From Saprospiraceae bacterium (GTDB lineage: Bacteria > Bacteroidota > Bacteroidia > Chitinophagales > Saprospiraceae): a stretch of DNA of 64,000 nucleotides. A program made the translations under genes and the position numbers. Below, piece by piece: positions 8,871 to 18,921 of this stretch (position 1 is its first letter; every line of letters begins with the position of its first letter). The notes below the pieces were generated by a model. The model made no database searches, was not told where the DNA came from, and saw nothing but the letters and a program-made list of their open reading frames with translations. Where the stretch lies: assembly GCA_028282725.1 (NCBI GenBank), contig JANQHF010000043.1, forward strand, positions 2,431-66,430. Direction: 5' to 3'.

Positions 8871-10748
8871 TTATTCAATTTTAGTGATATAAACATAATA
8901 AACTCCGAGGTCAGTCCCATTGCTTCCTTCAAACCAGGATTGCAATCTCTTATCACCTTCGTTAAGATCTATTCCTATGTTAACAGAGTTACTACCCGGA
9001 GGGATATTCACCATATGCTCTTCATCGTCAATTCGTATTTTGGCTCTTTCTACTGGGAGTTTTCTTCCCCCAGGCAATGCACGGCCACCATCAACAGCTG
9101 ATTTCCCGGGAATACCATCAGCAATGCCAACATCTAATTCTCTTGGCCAACGACGAAGTTCAAAATTATAGATCCCGGCTTCTTCTACATGGATTTCCCA
9201 AAAACCGTTCACCTCTATGCCGTTTCTGATATGTGTCTGATTCCAGGGAGCATTCGTCTTTTTACCATTGGCATCATGTGCCTCATGCCAATCATGAGAA
9301 TAGAGCGTATTGGAATCATTCGCACTGCCGAGTATTGCCCGGGTGTATGTCTCAAAAGTGGGTTCTATATCGGTCCACCAATCTTCATAGGCCACTTGTA
9401 AAGAAGAAACGATTTCCGGGTATTGCTTACTGACATCGACCAATTGACCGGGATCATTGCTTAAATCATAAAGTTGATCTTTGTTAATCAGGCGCCACTG
9501 ATCCATCATTACACAGGATCGCTTCCATTTGACCGGATGTTCGTCTCTCTGGGTGTCCGTGATCAGGATCCTGTTTTCCCAACTTGCTTTGTCCTGCCTG
9601 GGTTCAAATAATAGTGAACGAAGGGATTTTCCATCAAAGTCGAGCTCCCAGGGATCCTCCAGGTCGCATAGTTCGATCAGGGTCGGCAACAGATCAATAT
9701 GGGCAGTCAACGTTGTAATATCCGTTCCACTCGAAAGCGCTTGCGCCGGCCATGACAAAAAACAGGGTACCCTGTGACCACCTTCATATTCACTCCCTTT
9801 TATTCCCTTCATCCCGGCATTATATCCACGTACGAGCTGCCCGTCTTTGTCAAAGCTGGCTCCTCGTGCTGTACCATTATCCGTCATAAATATAAGAATG
9901 GTATTATCAGTCAGCGACAAACTATCCAGGTGACGTCTGAGTTTACCAACATTTTCATCAAGGTTGGTAATCATGCCATTGAAGTTGGGATGGACACCTT
10001 CTAAACCGAGATAGGGTCGTATATACGATGAATCTATGTGAAACGGACCATGTGGGGCATTTGTGGCGATGTATGTAAAGAATGGTGATTCCCTGTGTTC
10101 AGAAATAAACTCCATGGCTTCTTGAAACCAGACATCAGTACAATATCCTTCATGTTTTTGAGTACCCGAACTGGTAAAATACGTGTCGCCAAAATAATCA
10201 TTATCCCAGAAGTCAGGCATTTGCCATACCCCACCCCCACCATGATAGAGTACCTCATCAAAACCCCGGTCGTGTGGACGAAATGGATAACTATCACCGA
10301 GGTGCCATTTTCCAAACATGCCAGTGCGATATCCATTGTAATGAAATACGTCCGCCATAGTTTTTTCACGCTGAGAGAGTTGTGAACGTCCGCCAATAGT
10401 GTGCCACACACCCACGCGATTGCAATTCTTACCTGTCATCAGGGCTGCCCTCGTCGGCGAACAGGTCGTCCCCGCATGAAAATTCGTAAATCTCATGCTC
10501 TCTCTATGTAGCTGGTCCAAATGAGGTGTTTGAATGTGTGGATTTCCATGACATGCAAGATCACCATAGCCCTGGTCATCTGTTATGATCAAGATCACAT
10601 TGGGACGAAAAGCAGATACCTCTTGTGCAGGCTCACCTTCAGGACCTTGCCCACAGGATCCCATCAAAACCACAAATACAACAAGGAAGAGAATGCACAG
10701 AGGAGCATTAAAAGTTTTCAATTGATTTTGATTATCTCGAATAGTCAT
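8871..10748 (-). CDS. arylsulfatase (formylglycine-dependent sulfatase family)
   Basis: TDDQGYGDL and the Cys-type FGly motif CSPTRAALMTGK are present. The ORF extends to 10787. ATG at 10748 gives a lipoprotein-like signal (LVVFVVLMGSCG). Confidence 0.85.
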   Translation of the reverse strand: MTIRDNQNQLKTFNAPLCILFLVVFVVLMGSCGQGPEGEPAQEVSAFRPNVILIITDDQGYGDLACHGNPHIQTPHLDQLHRESMRFTNFHAGTTCSPTRAALMTGKNCNRVGVWHTIGGRSQLSQREKTMADVFHYNGYRTGMFGKWHLGDSYPFRPHDRGFDEVLYHGGGGVWQMPDFWDNDYFGDTYFTSSGTQKHEGYCTDVWFQEAMEFISEHRESPFFTYIATNAPHGPFHIDSSYIRPYLGLEGVHPNFNGMITNLDENVGKLRRHLDSLSLTDNTILIFMTDNGTARGASFDKDGQLVRGYNAGMKGIKGSEYEGGHRVPCFLSWPAQALSSGTDITTLTAHIDLLPTLIELCDLEDPWELDFDGKSLRSLLFEPRQDKASWENRILITDTQRDEHPVKWKRSCVMMDQWRLINKDQLYDLSNDPGQLVDVSKQYPEIVSSLQVAYEDWWTDIEPTFETYTRAILGSANDSNTLYSHDWHEAHDANGKKTNAPWNQTHIRNGIEVNGFWEIHVEEAGIYNFELRRWPRELDVGIADGIPGKSAVDGGRALPGGRKLPVERAKIRIDDEEHMVNIPPGSNSVNIGIDLNEGDKRLQSWFEGSNGTDLGVYYVYITKIE

Positions 10749-11108
10749 GACAGATTCTAATATCAGGAGAATTACACTGGCATTCAAATTATAATCTTTA
10801 AATTTAGAACAGCACCAATTCAGGAAAAAATGATTCTAAACAATACGACCAATTCAAAAGCAAAATTTGCAGTGATGTCGACGAACGGCAGACCGAACCA
10901 TTTTGAAGTAGCTCCACACACATTTTCAGACTTGAATCTGAAACAGTCTAAAGCTCCGTTCACCGTTTCTGCAGAAGTTCAGAAGACAATAAGAGGGCTG
11001 GTTGAAAACATTCGAAAAGAAGATTGTATGACCGTTTATCCGCAGGGATTGGAGTTTCATATGGATCATTCTACTGCAGGTACGAACGTTTAATCCAGAG
11101 ATTTATCC

Positions 11109-12740
11109 ATGAAGAGAAGATTGTTTGTCAAGAATGTTTCCAGTCTGGGACTGGCTTACACCTTCGTCAGGAATTATACAAGCTCTGCTGTCATCAGAGA
11201 TTCTAGGATTGAGGTCATTCTGGATGAACCAATAGCTACTATTCAACCCGAGGTATATGGGCACTTTGCAGAGCACATCGGTGGTGTCATTTACGACGGG
11301 ATTTGGGTAGGCGAGCAATCGAAAATTCCAAATGTAAATGGTTTCAGAAAAGATATCATTGATCATCTGCTTCGAATACAACCGGGAAGTCTTCGATGGC
11401 CGGGAGGATGTTTTGCGGATTCCTATAACTGGAAAGATGGCATTGGCCCCATGAATACACGACCCAGGCGAGCTAATTTTTGGATCAACACTCCATTCTT
11501 ACAGAAAGCACCCGACGGTCCTTCCAAATATGAACCCAACCATTTTGGTACGGATGAATTTCTAAAATTTTGTGAATTAATCGATACGGTCCCTTATCTC
11601 GCTGCCAATGCACGCACCCTTCCTGCACAGGATCTCATCGACTGGGTGGAATATTGCAATGCTCCGCCTGGCACGACCAGCTATGGAGATATGAGGGTGG
11701 CCAATGGCCGTACGGACCCATATAATGTATCACTATGGGGCATTGGCAATGAGTCCTGGGGATGCGGTGGAGATATGATCCCGGAGGATTATGCTGAAAT
11801 ATTCAGAAGATTCACTTCATTCATCCCGAGCTTTCAAACGAATTTAAAACTGGTAGCAGTAGGTCCCAGTGATGGCTATAACAAAAGAGATCTTGATTGG
11901 ACCAGAAGATTGTTCACGCGGTTAGCTGAACCGAGTAATAGTTGGACCTACATTCCGGACCGCATTGCAGGATATTCCGTGCATTTTTATTGTGGTACGG
12001 CGGGTGAAAGCTCCATCAATTTTACAGATGATGAATGGTATCAGTTGTTATGGCAATCCGATCAAATGGAAAAGGTCATTACAGAACATTGGGATGCGCT
12101 CGGAGCATTTGACCTCGATCGAAAAATCAAATTATATGTAGATGAATGGGGCGCATGGCATAAACAAAAAACGGAAGTCCATAACACCCATTTATTTGGA
12201 CAAACATCAACAATGCGGGACGCCCTGATAGCCGCGTTAAGCCTGGATACTTTCAATCGCCATGCCGACAAGGTTGCGGTCGGAAACATAGCCCAATTAG
12301 TGAATAACCTGCAGAGCCTTTTTTTAACCCATGAGGACCGATTTGCGGTGACGCCTAATTTCCACGTATTTGAAATGTATAAACATCATCAAAATGGCCA
12401 ATCGGTAAGAGTAAAATTTTCGGCACCCGTCTCTTCCGCTGACAAGGGTCTTTGGGGACTCAATGGATCGGCTTCCTTAAAAGGAAAGACGCTGTATATG
12501 ACTGTCGTAAATCCAAGTCTCACAGAGGCTCGTGAAACCGATATTGTAATACCCGGAGCAAAGATTCAATCCGTGAGGACCATTACGTTTACAGAAGATG
12601 ACGTGCGCGCGCATAACAACCTGAAAAATCCGAACGCAGTAAAAGACCCTGTTGAAAAAATTATCGAATCTTCAAATGGACAACTAACAGTTCAGTTCCC
12701 AACTGCTTCAGTGAACGCTTTAATTTTAGAATTAGAATAA
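11109..12740 (+). CDS. alpha-L-arabinofuranosidase, GH51-like
   Basis: TAT-like signal MKRRLFVKNV. LRWPGGCFADSYNWKDGIGP and GNESWGCGG (catalytic acid/base region) are typical of GH51. 543 aa. Confidence 0.8.
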   Translation: MKRRLFVKNVSSLGLAYTFVRNYTSSAVIRDSRIEVILDEPIATIQPEVYGHFAEHIGGVIYDGIWVGEQSKIPNVNGFRKDIIDHLLRIQPGSLRWPGGCFADSYNWKDGIGPMNTRPRRANFWINTPFLQKAPDGPSKYEPNHFGTDEFLKFCELIDTVPYLAANARTLPAQDLIDWVEYCNAPPGTTSYGDMRVANGRTDPYNVSLWGIGNESWGCGGDMIPEDYAEIFRRFTSFIPSFQTNLKLVAVGPSDGYNKRDLDWTRRLFTRLAEPSNSWTYIPDRIAGYSVHFYCGTAGESSINFTDDEWYQLLWQSDQMEKVITEHWDALGAFDLDRKIKLYVDEWGAWHKQKTEVHNTHLFGQTSTMRDALIAALSLDTFNRHADKVAVGNIAQLVNNLQSLFLTHEDRFAVTPNFHVFEMYKHHQNGQSVRVKFSAPVSSADKGLWGLNGSASLKGKTLYMTVVNPSLTEARETDIVIPGAKIQSVRTITFTEDDVRAHNNLKNPNAVKDPVEKIIESSNGQLTVQFPTASVNALILELE

Positions 12741-14018
12741 TTGCAAATTAGTATTCAAATATTCTTTTTACTGACCTTATTTATTGCAATGAGTCATCCG
12801 GTCAATGGACAGCACGAGATAAATTACAGTGAGGAAGATGTTCCTGCCTTTCAATTACCCCAATTGCTGCAACTGGAAAATGGAAAAACCGTTTCATCTG
12901 AAGAAGACTGGATCCGCACTCGTCGTCCGGAGATTTTGAAAATGTACAAAGAACATGTATATGGCCACAATCCTGAGGTCCAAATCGAAATTACAGCGCA
13001 ACTGATCGAAGAAGGCATTTCTAAAGCATTCACCAACACAAGGCGCAAGCAAGTGCGTTTGAAATTTGAAAATCAGGGCAGGAAGTCAGAGGCTCTTCTG
13101 CTCATATTCCTTCCTTTACAGTCAAAGAGTGTTCCAATATTTGTGGGTTATAATTTTTATGGAAATCATACCACTTGTGATGACAATGAAATTATACTCA
13201 CATCCGCCTGGATTCCAAATAAACCCGAATTCGGAATCAGGGAAAATAAAGCGACTGAAGAATCTCGCGGTGTACGGAGTCATCGATGGTCGGTACAAAA
13301 AATAATTGACTCTGGCTTTGGTTTGGCGACCATGTACTATGGGGATATAGATCCTGACAGGAATCATTTTGATGATGGCATACATCCATTGTTTTATAAA
13401 AAAGGACAGGAAAAACCAGGGGATAATGAATGGGCATCTATTGGAGCCTGGGCATGGGGCCTTTCAACTGCATTGGATTACCTGGAAACCGATGAAGCCC
13501 TTGATCATGATAGAGTGATCGTAATGGGTCACTCCCGACTAGGTAAAACATCGTTATGGGCAGGGGCCCTGGACGAGCGATTTGCAATAGTCATTTCCAA
13601 TAACTCAGGTTGCGGCGGCTCGGCACTCTTCAGGAGGAAATATGGTGAAACAATACGGGCAATCAATTCAAATTTTCCGCATTGGTTTAATTCAAATTTT
13701 AAAAAATTCAATGACCGGGAAGATCTTCTGCCTATTGACCAACATATGCTTATTGCACTGCAGGCACCCAGACCTGTTTATATCACCAGTGCCTCCGAAG
13801 ATCTCTGGGCGGACCCCAGGGGAGAATACCTGTCTTGTTATCACGCTTCTGATGTCTACCACTTATTTGGAAGAAAAGGTATTGAAAATTCTGTTTTTCC
13901 GGAAGTCAATACTCCGATACAAAATGACATCGGCTATCATCGTAGAAAGGGCAAACATGATGTAACCGACTATGACTGGCAACAGTTTATTGCATTTGCA
14001 AAAATTCATTTAGATTGA
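12741..14018 (+). CDS. carbohydrate esterase family 15-like (glucuronoyl esterase)
   Basis: It starts (TTG) immediately after the GH51 stop and has a signal peptide. GHSRLGKTSLWAGA matches the CE15 GxSRxGK nucleophile motif, and the N-terminal W..RRPEIL..Y..HVYG block is present. Confidence 0.7.
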   Translation: MQISIQIFFLLTLFIAMSHPVNGQHEINYSEEDVPAFQLPQLLQLENGKTVSSEEDWIRTRRPEILKMYKEHVYGHNPEVQIEITAQLIEEGISKAFTNTRRKQVRLKFENQGRKSEALLLIFLPLQSKSVPIFVGYNFYGNHTTCDDNEIILTSAWIPNKPEFGIRENKATEESRGVRSHRWSVQKIIDSGFGLATMYYGDIDPDRNHFDDGIHPLFYKKGQEKPGDNEWASIGAWAWGLSTALDYLETDEALDHDRVIVMGHSRLGKTSLWAGALDERFAIVISNNSGCGGSALFRRKYGETIRAINSNFPHWFNSNFKKFNDREDLLPIDQHMLIALQAPRPVYITSASEDLWADPRGEYLSCYHASDVYHLFGRKGIENSVFPEVNTPIQNDIGYHRRKGKHDVTDYDWQQFIAFAKIHLD

Positions 14019-14381
14019 TTTTTTGTTCAACAGTCTTCAATCATAGTTTCATAAATTATAACCAACGGCATCTTCCTTATTTTTGGATGATTCGTATTCA
14101 CTTCGATAGAAATGCAAAAAAAAATTTATTGACAATTCCACTCATTTTCAAGTATATTTAAAGGTACAGGTTATACTCATAAAGTCTTTTTACACTGACA
14201 CAGGGAATGATTAACTCACCCCCGGAGTCCTTAAGACTTTATCGATTACAATCTCCTAAGTGGTACGTTAAAATTCGATCCCAAATCCCGGTTTCAAACC
14301 ATTCAATCTCATCTGCCGGTCTCAGCAATGGAACCCGATTCTAACAGCACTATGGTAATTCTATACTAACTTTCAACCGCC

Positions 14382-14969
14382 ATGAAACATCTATTCAATT
14401 TACTACCACTGTTGTCCCTGTTACCTGTCAGTTTGTCGGTACGAGCACAGGATGGAGAATCATTGTACATAGAATGGGCCGGGGCCAATCCTGAGTTGGG
14501 TGAACTTTACGAAAAACGTAAGCATACGGTTACTTCCGTAGAAAAGAAACGATGGCGTCACAGTCCAAAATTTTCCCATGTGCCGGAGAATTATACAGAA
14601 GTGGCAAATCCTTCTTATGCCCGCGTTTATCAGGGCCATGTAAAATTCGGACACGAAAAAGCGGTGAAAGAATTGATGAAGGAATTCAAAGATGCCTGGG
14701 CTACAGCTGAAATTTCTTACCCATTTAATACCTATTGGAATGTTTATGGAGAGGAAGGACCTCGTGTGGTGTATCGTTCAGTCTATAAGGACGTCGAAGA
14801 TTGGGCAGCTGAACAAAAAGAGGTAAAGGAAAAAATTGGTGAGGCAAAATTAAATGATTTGATGACGGGATGGAATGAGCATATCAGGGAGTGGAAGAGC
14901 ATTGAGAGCTTTCCACAACCGGACCTGACACATATCAAAACACAACCACTTGTTACAGCAAATGACTAA
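14382..14969 (+). CDS. hypothetical secreted protein
   Basis: Signal peptide MKHLFNLLPLLSLLPVSLSVRAQ. 195 aa, followed by a strong terminator. No recognised domain. Confidence 0.55.
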   Translation: MKHLFNLLPLLSLLPVSLSVRAQDGESLYIEWAGANPELGELYEKRKHTVTSVEKKRWRHSPKFSHVPENYTEVANPSYARVYQGHVKFGHEKAVKELMKEFKDAWATAEISYPFNTYWNVYGEEGPRVVYRSVYKDVEDWAAEQKEVKEKIGEAKLNDLMTGWNEHIREWKSIESFPQPDLTHIKTQPLVTAND

Positions 14970-15001
14970 CCTATCTTTCATTCAAAACAAACCAACTATA
15001 G

Positions 15002-15029
15002 AGGCGATCGAAATTTGATCGCCTTTTTT
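15002..15029 (+). terminator. rho-independent terminator
   Basis: aggcgatc (15002-15009) pairs perfectly with gatcgcct (15017-15024) across a 7-nt loop, followed by a T-run to 15029. Confidence 0.75.
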
Positions 15030-15201
15030 ATGAAACAGATCCATGAGCAACCAGACCGTGTCGGAAGAAAGTGATTAAAAAAGGAAGTCCGAAAACACAT
15101 AAATTGACGACGTGTCTTATTTTTGGCTTCCACAATCGGAATTTGAGCTCATCACTTTCGATTTGTTGAAAAAGGTATTTACTAGTTCAAAAAGAATTTT
15201 T

Positions 15202-16410
15202 ATGGCTAATATTAAAAAGAATAAAGGCGTCATTGCAATATTAACAGGAGGAGGAGATGTCCCGGGGTTGAATCCGGCGATCAGAGCCATTACGATCCGG
15301 GCACTCAGAGAAGGATATAAGGTGATCGGACTCCGAAGAGGATGGGGAGGTGCTATTGATATCATTAGGGATAAGAAATACGACAACAGCAATAATTACA
15401 GGGTTTTAACCAAAGAAATCGTGAATAAGGCGGGAAGAACAGGGGGGACTTTCCTGCATACTTCCCGTACGCGACCCAGCCATGTAGCAAAAGAAGACGT
15501 ACCTGATCATTTGAAGGATTCCTACAATGAAGAAATGAATGACCTGACCGATGAGGTAATTAAAAACCTCGGTTGGTTAGGAGTAGACTATTTGATACCT
15601 ATTGGTGGAGACGATACGCTCAGCTATGGCGTACATTTATTCAGACAGGGATTAAAAGTGGTGGCCATTCCAAAGACCATGGACAATGATGTCCCAGGAA
15701 CGGATTACTGCATAGGCTTTAGCACTTGTGTGACCAGGACCATCAGCCTGACCAATAACCTGAGGACGGCTGCTGGATCCCATGAGCGCGTAATGGTGCT
15801 GGAAGTATTTGGAAGATATGCCGGTTTTACGGCCATGTTACCAACCATGGCCGGTGCTGCCAACCGCTGTGTAATTCCGGAACACACTTGTGATCTTGAA
15901 TTATTGACTCAATTGATCCTGGAGGATAGAAGGGACAACCCGAGTAACTATTCAATCTTGTTGGTTTCCGAAGGGGCGTCTCTGACCGGTACTGAAATGA
16001 TCTACCAGAGCGCTGAGAAAGATGCATATGGGCATGCGAAGCTTGGAGGGATCGGGGACATGTTTGCTACGGGTATCAAAGAACTTTCTCCCAGGTATAA
16101 CAATGGAAAAAGAGTGAATACAATCAATCAGAGATTGGGCTATATGGTCAGGTGTGGAGACCCGGATGCCATCGATTCCATTATTCCCATGGCATACGGA
16201 AATCTTGCTCTTGACCTCATCCTGAAAGGCATAGATGGCAGATTGGTAGTGCTGAAAAACGGACGTTACGATAACGTACCCATTGATGTCGTTACCAGTT
16301 CAAAAAAGATTGTAGACGTCAACAAATATTACAATACGGAACGGCTCAGGCCATTTTTCCATAGTTTCGAAATGCAGCCCATGTTCATCATGACCAGCGA
16401 GGCGATCTAA
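15202..16410 (+). CDS. pfkA: 6-phosphofructokinase with a PPi-dependent-type active-site signature
   Basis: ORF from 15112. ATG 15202 gives MANIKKNKGVIAILTGGGDVPGLN. Motifs GGDDT, PKTMDNDV and FGRYAG are present. Confidence 0.85.
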   Translation: MANIKKNKGVIAILTGGGDVPGLNPAIRAITIRALREGYKVIGLRRGWGGAIDIIRDKKYDNSNNYRVLTKEIVNKAGRTGGTFLHTSRTRPSHVAKEDVPDHLKDSYNEEMNDLTDEVIKNLGWLGVDYLIPIGGDDTLSYGVHLFRQGLKVVAIPKTMDNDVPGTDYCIGFSTCVTRTISLTNNLRTAAGSHERVMVLEVFGRYAGFTAMLPTMAGAANRCVIPEHTCDLELLTQLILEDRRDNPSNYSILLVSEGASLTGTEMIYQSAEKDAYGHAKLGGIGDMFATGIKELSPRYNNGKRVNTINQRLGYMVRCGDPDAIDSIIPMAYGNLALDLILKGIDGRLVVLKNGRYDNVPIDVVTSSKKIVDVNKYYNTERLRPFFHSFEMQPMFIMTSEAI

Positions 16411-16426
16411 AACCGGACATTGAACG

Positions 16427-17035
16427 CTAATTCCTGGGTTGTGTCTCTGATGGAGGACTGATCATGATATGAGCCCGATGTGTACCGGGATCCATGATCC
16501 ACGGGCCCCCTGGAACGAGTGGTTTCAAAGGAAGACCTGTGGATTCTGCTGTTGCAAAGGGGATATATACTACATATCTGTAGATGGCATTAACCACTTT
16601 CCCACTGGAAGGATCATACCTGCCTTCCGGACCTTCCAGTAAATGTAGAGTAGCACCATCTTGCGGCATTTGAAGAGTACCTTCTTTGGCCTCTTTTTCG
16701 CGAATATCAAATACCTCCTGGAAGTTTTTCCCTTCTGCTCTTAATTCCCTTCCTCGATCCATGAAGGGCTGAAGGTCCTTGTGATAACAGACACATTGAA
16801 ATCCCTTGCGCGATGCGTCATCTGATACGCAGATCAGACTGTTCGTTCCCTCACGCAACAGGACCAATTGTCCTTTCGCGTCATAACCGTAAACAGTGGC
16901 ACCTTCACGATCTTCTTCCGGTGCAGCCATCACAGCAGATGCCAATTGTACTTCTTTATCCGGTATGTCAACCTGGGAGCAACTTGACATGCTGAACAAT
17001 ACGAGAATGTTCATTGTGAAAATCGATTTATTCAT
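16427..17035 (-). CDS. hypothetical lipoprotein
   Basis: Signal/lipobox NILVLFSMSSCSQ. 202 aa with no recognised motif. Confidence 0.5.
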   Translation of the reverse strand: MNKSIFTMNILVLFSMSSCSQVDIPDKEVQLASAVMAAPEEDREGATVYGYDAKGQLVLLREGTNSLICVSDDASRKGFQCVCYHKDLQPFMDRGRELRAEGKNFQEVFDIREKEAKEGTLQMPQDGATLHLLEGPEGRYDPSSGKVVNAIYRYVVYIPFATAESTGLPLKPLVPGGPWIMDPGTHRAHIMISPPSETQPRN

Positions 17036-17071
17036 ATCTTCTCAATTTTGATTTTGATTTTAATTCTGCCA

Positions 17072-17422
17072 TCAACGAGCCTCCCCTTCCTTAAATGTCG
17101 AACGACCGGGTTCAAATCCATCCGGATAACGCGCCCTTAGCTTAGAGATATTCCTTTCCATGACCTCTTCCATACTGATGTCAAGGTTGGTGCATAATGC
17201 GGATAGATACCAGAGCACATCGCCCAATTCCCTGATCAATGCTTCCCGATCAAGCCCTCTTTGATGAAATATACCCTTTTTCACAAGGTCAGCGACTTCC
17301 CCGGATTCTCCGGCAAGGCCCATGGCATTCCAGGTAATCATCGTTTCCTCATCCGAGAGTTGAAAATCGGGATGATCGGAAAGCGTTCGTTCTGCCAGTT
17401 TCTGATATTCATTTGCCTTCAT
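17072..17422 (-). CDS. MazG-like nucleotide pyrophosphohydrolase (small single-domain type)
   Basis: 116 aa. The AGESGEVADLVKK and ELGDVLWYL motifs are typical of the MazG EExxE/D helices. Confidence 0.75.
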   Translation of the reverse strand: MKANEYQKLAERTLSDHPDFQLSDEETMITWNAMGLAGESGEVADLVKKGIFHQRGLDREALIRELGDVLWYLSALCTNLDISMEEVMERNISKLRARYPDGFEPGRSTFKEGEAR

Positions 17423-17555
17423 CTCACTATCCTTTATCCTAAGGTAGTGACAATTATGAAGTCAGTTTCCGTTCATGGTCTATTTTTCACTTCTGTCTGG
17501 CAGTTTTTAATCTTGCCACCTGGATAAATCATTACCTTGATCAGCAGATTGAACT

Positions 17556-18053
17556 ATGGACTACAACAAATTTAAAATCAAGAAGAATATCTGGTCGCTT
17601 AAGGGAGACTATAAGATTTATGATGAACACGAACACGTGCAGTATTATGTCAAGGGGGAAAACCCGTTTCTCAGATCCAAATTTTCATTTTGTGACAGTG
17701 ACGATGAAGTCCTTTTCAATATCAGGAGAAAGCTGTTGTCTCTTCGTCATACCTTCTATATAGCCAAAGATGGGATTGACGTGATCAAGATTGTAAAGAC
17801 CTTGGGTATACGACCTAAGATATTCGTAGAACATCTCATTGACCCTGATGCTTTTTACGTCGAAGGAAACATCTGGGGCCTCAATTACAAGTTCTATCAA
17901 GGTGGTGAAGAATTCGCCATGGTTTCAAAGGATCTTTGGAAACTCATTGATACCTACGGAGTTGTCGTAAAACAAGATGCTGATGAAAGTCTTGTACTGG
18001 CCGTCGTCACCATTATCAACATCATTAAAGATATCCAGGAGTCGCGAGGTTGA
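17556..18053 (+). CDS. LURP-one-related / DUF567 (tubby C-terminal-like) protein
   Basis: 165 aa. The pattern KIKKNIWSLKGDYKIYDE..., FNIRRKLLSLRHTFYI and FAMVSKDLWKLIDTYGV resembles bacterial LOR/DUF567 proteins. Confidence 0.55.
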   Translation: MDYNKFKIKKNIWSLKGDYKIYDEHEHVQYYVKGENPFLRSKFSFCDSDDEVLFNIRRKLLSLRHTFYIAKDGIDVIKIVKTLGIRPKIFVEHLIDPDAFYVEGNIWGLNYKFYQGGEEFAMVSKDLWKLIDTYGVVVKQDADESLVLAVVTIINIIKDIQESRG

Positions 18054-18062
18054 TTAAATCAA

Positions 18063-18917
18063 TCAATTCTTTATGGATGAATAGTGGAATCCCTCACCAC
18101 ATTTCAAAACCCGAAAAGCCTGTCCCTCGTCAATAGCGATTTTTTCAAATTCGTCAGGGTCGACCGTGTTAAAAGTGAACATATGGTAATGACAGGGTAC
18201 AACAATCCTGGCTTCTAGTGTCTTCGCGAGTGAAACGGCTTCCTTCGCCGACAGATTTCCAGCAACCCTGCGTTCGGGAAGATTCCCGTTGATCGGAAGT
18301 AGGGCTATGTCGATGTCAAAGCCTTCAAGGGCTGTGATCAACTCTTTATGCATGAGCGTGTCTCCACTGTGATAAACTGTATAAGGACCCAGTTTAAAAA
18401 TGTAGCCCATAAATACATCGTAACCATTTTCGTCTCTCTTGATTTCATTATGTGCCGCCGGAACCCCGCAGACCTGGATCCCACATCGCAATGATACGAG
18501 CTCGTTTCGTTCGATTCCGGTGGGAAATGAAGACCGACAACCCAGACGATCAATGGCAAATTCCAAATTGGCCCTGGGAACAATAAATTCGATATCCGGA
18601 TTATTCCTGAAAATCGGCTTAAGCGTAGCCGCATCCAGGTGATCCGTATGATTATGACTCGAGGTCACCACATTCACAAAGTCCAAATGAGCGGGATCTA
18701 CTACTCTTTCGGACATCCTGATATGTGGTTTATCGGTTTGGGAGTATTTTTCCGTCAGAGAGTCGGAAAGATACGGATCAATTAAAAGATGTTTGCCATC
18801 CCATTGTATAAGAAAGCCACTTTGTCCCAACCACCACAGATGTAGTCCTTCCCGGTCTTCCATTCTCTCATTTACATCCTTTCTAAAGTTGTCGTCTTTC
18901 TGGTAGGCGGAAATCAC
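18063..18917 (-). CDS. MBL-fold metallo-hydrolase (UlaG-like)
   Basis: SHNHTDHLD is the HxHxDH motif, with HSGD and PCHYHMF downstream. It is the last gene of the tightly packed six-gene unit. Confidence 0.8.
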   Translation of the reverse strand: MISAYQKDDNFRKDVNERMEDREGLHLWWLGQSGFLIQWDGKHLLIDPYLSDSLTEKYSQTDKPHIRMSERVVDPAHLDFVNVVTSSHNHTDHLDAATLKPIFRNNPDIEFIVPRANLEFAIDRLGCRSSFPTGIERNELVSLRCGIQVCGVPAAHNEIKRDENGYDVFMGYIFKLGPYTVYHSGDTLMHKELITALEGFDIDIALLPINGNLPERRVAGNLSAKEAVSLAKTLEARIVVPCHYHMFTFNTVDPDEFEKIAIDEGQAFRVLKCGEGFHYSSIKN

Positions 18918-18921
18918 GTAG

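Noticed and set aside
10830-11093. An 87-aa ORF filling the divergent sulfatase/GH51 intergenic region.
   Set aside because: It has no recognisable motif or signal and occupies the space where two divergent promoters must lie. It cannot be excluded as a real small protein, but there is no positive evidence.
17072-18053. The divergent MazG-like and LURP-one/DUF567 pair considered as a toxin-antitoxin or defence pair.
   Set aside because: The genes are divergent rather than co-transcribed. The MazG here is the small housekeeping NTP pyrophosphohydrolase type, not MazF. There is no partner toxin or antitoxin architecture.
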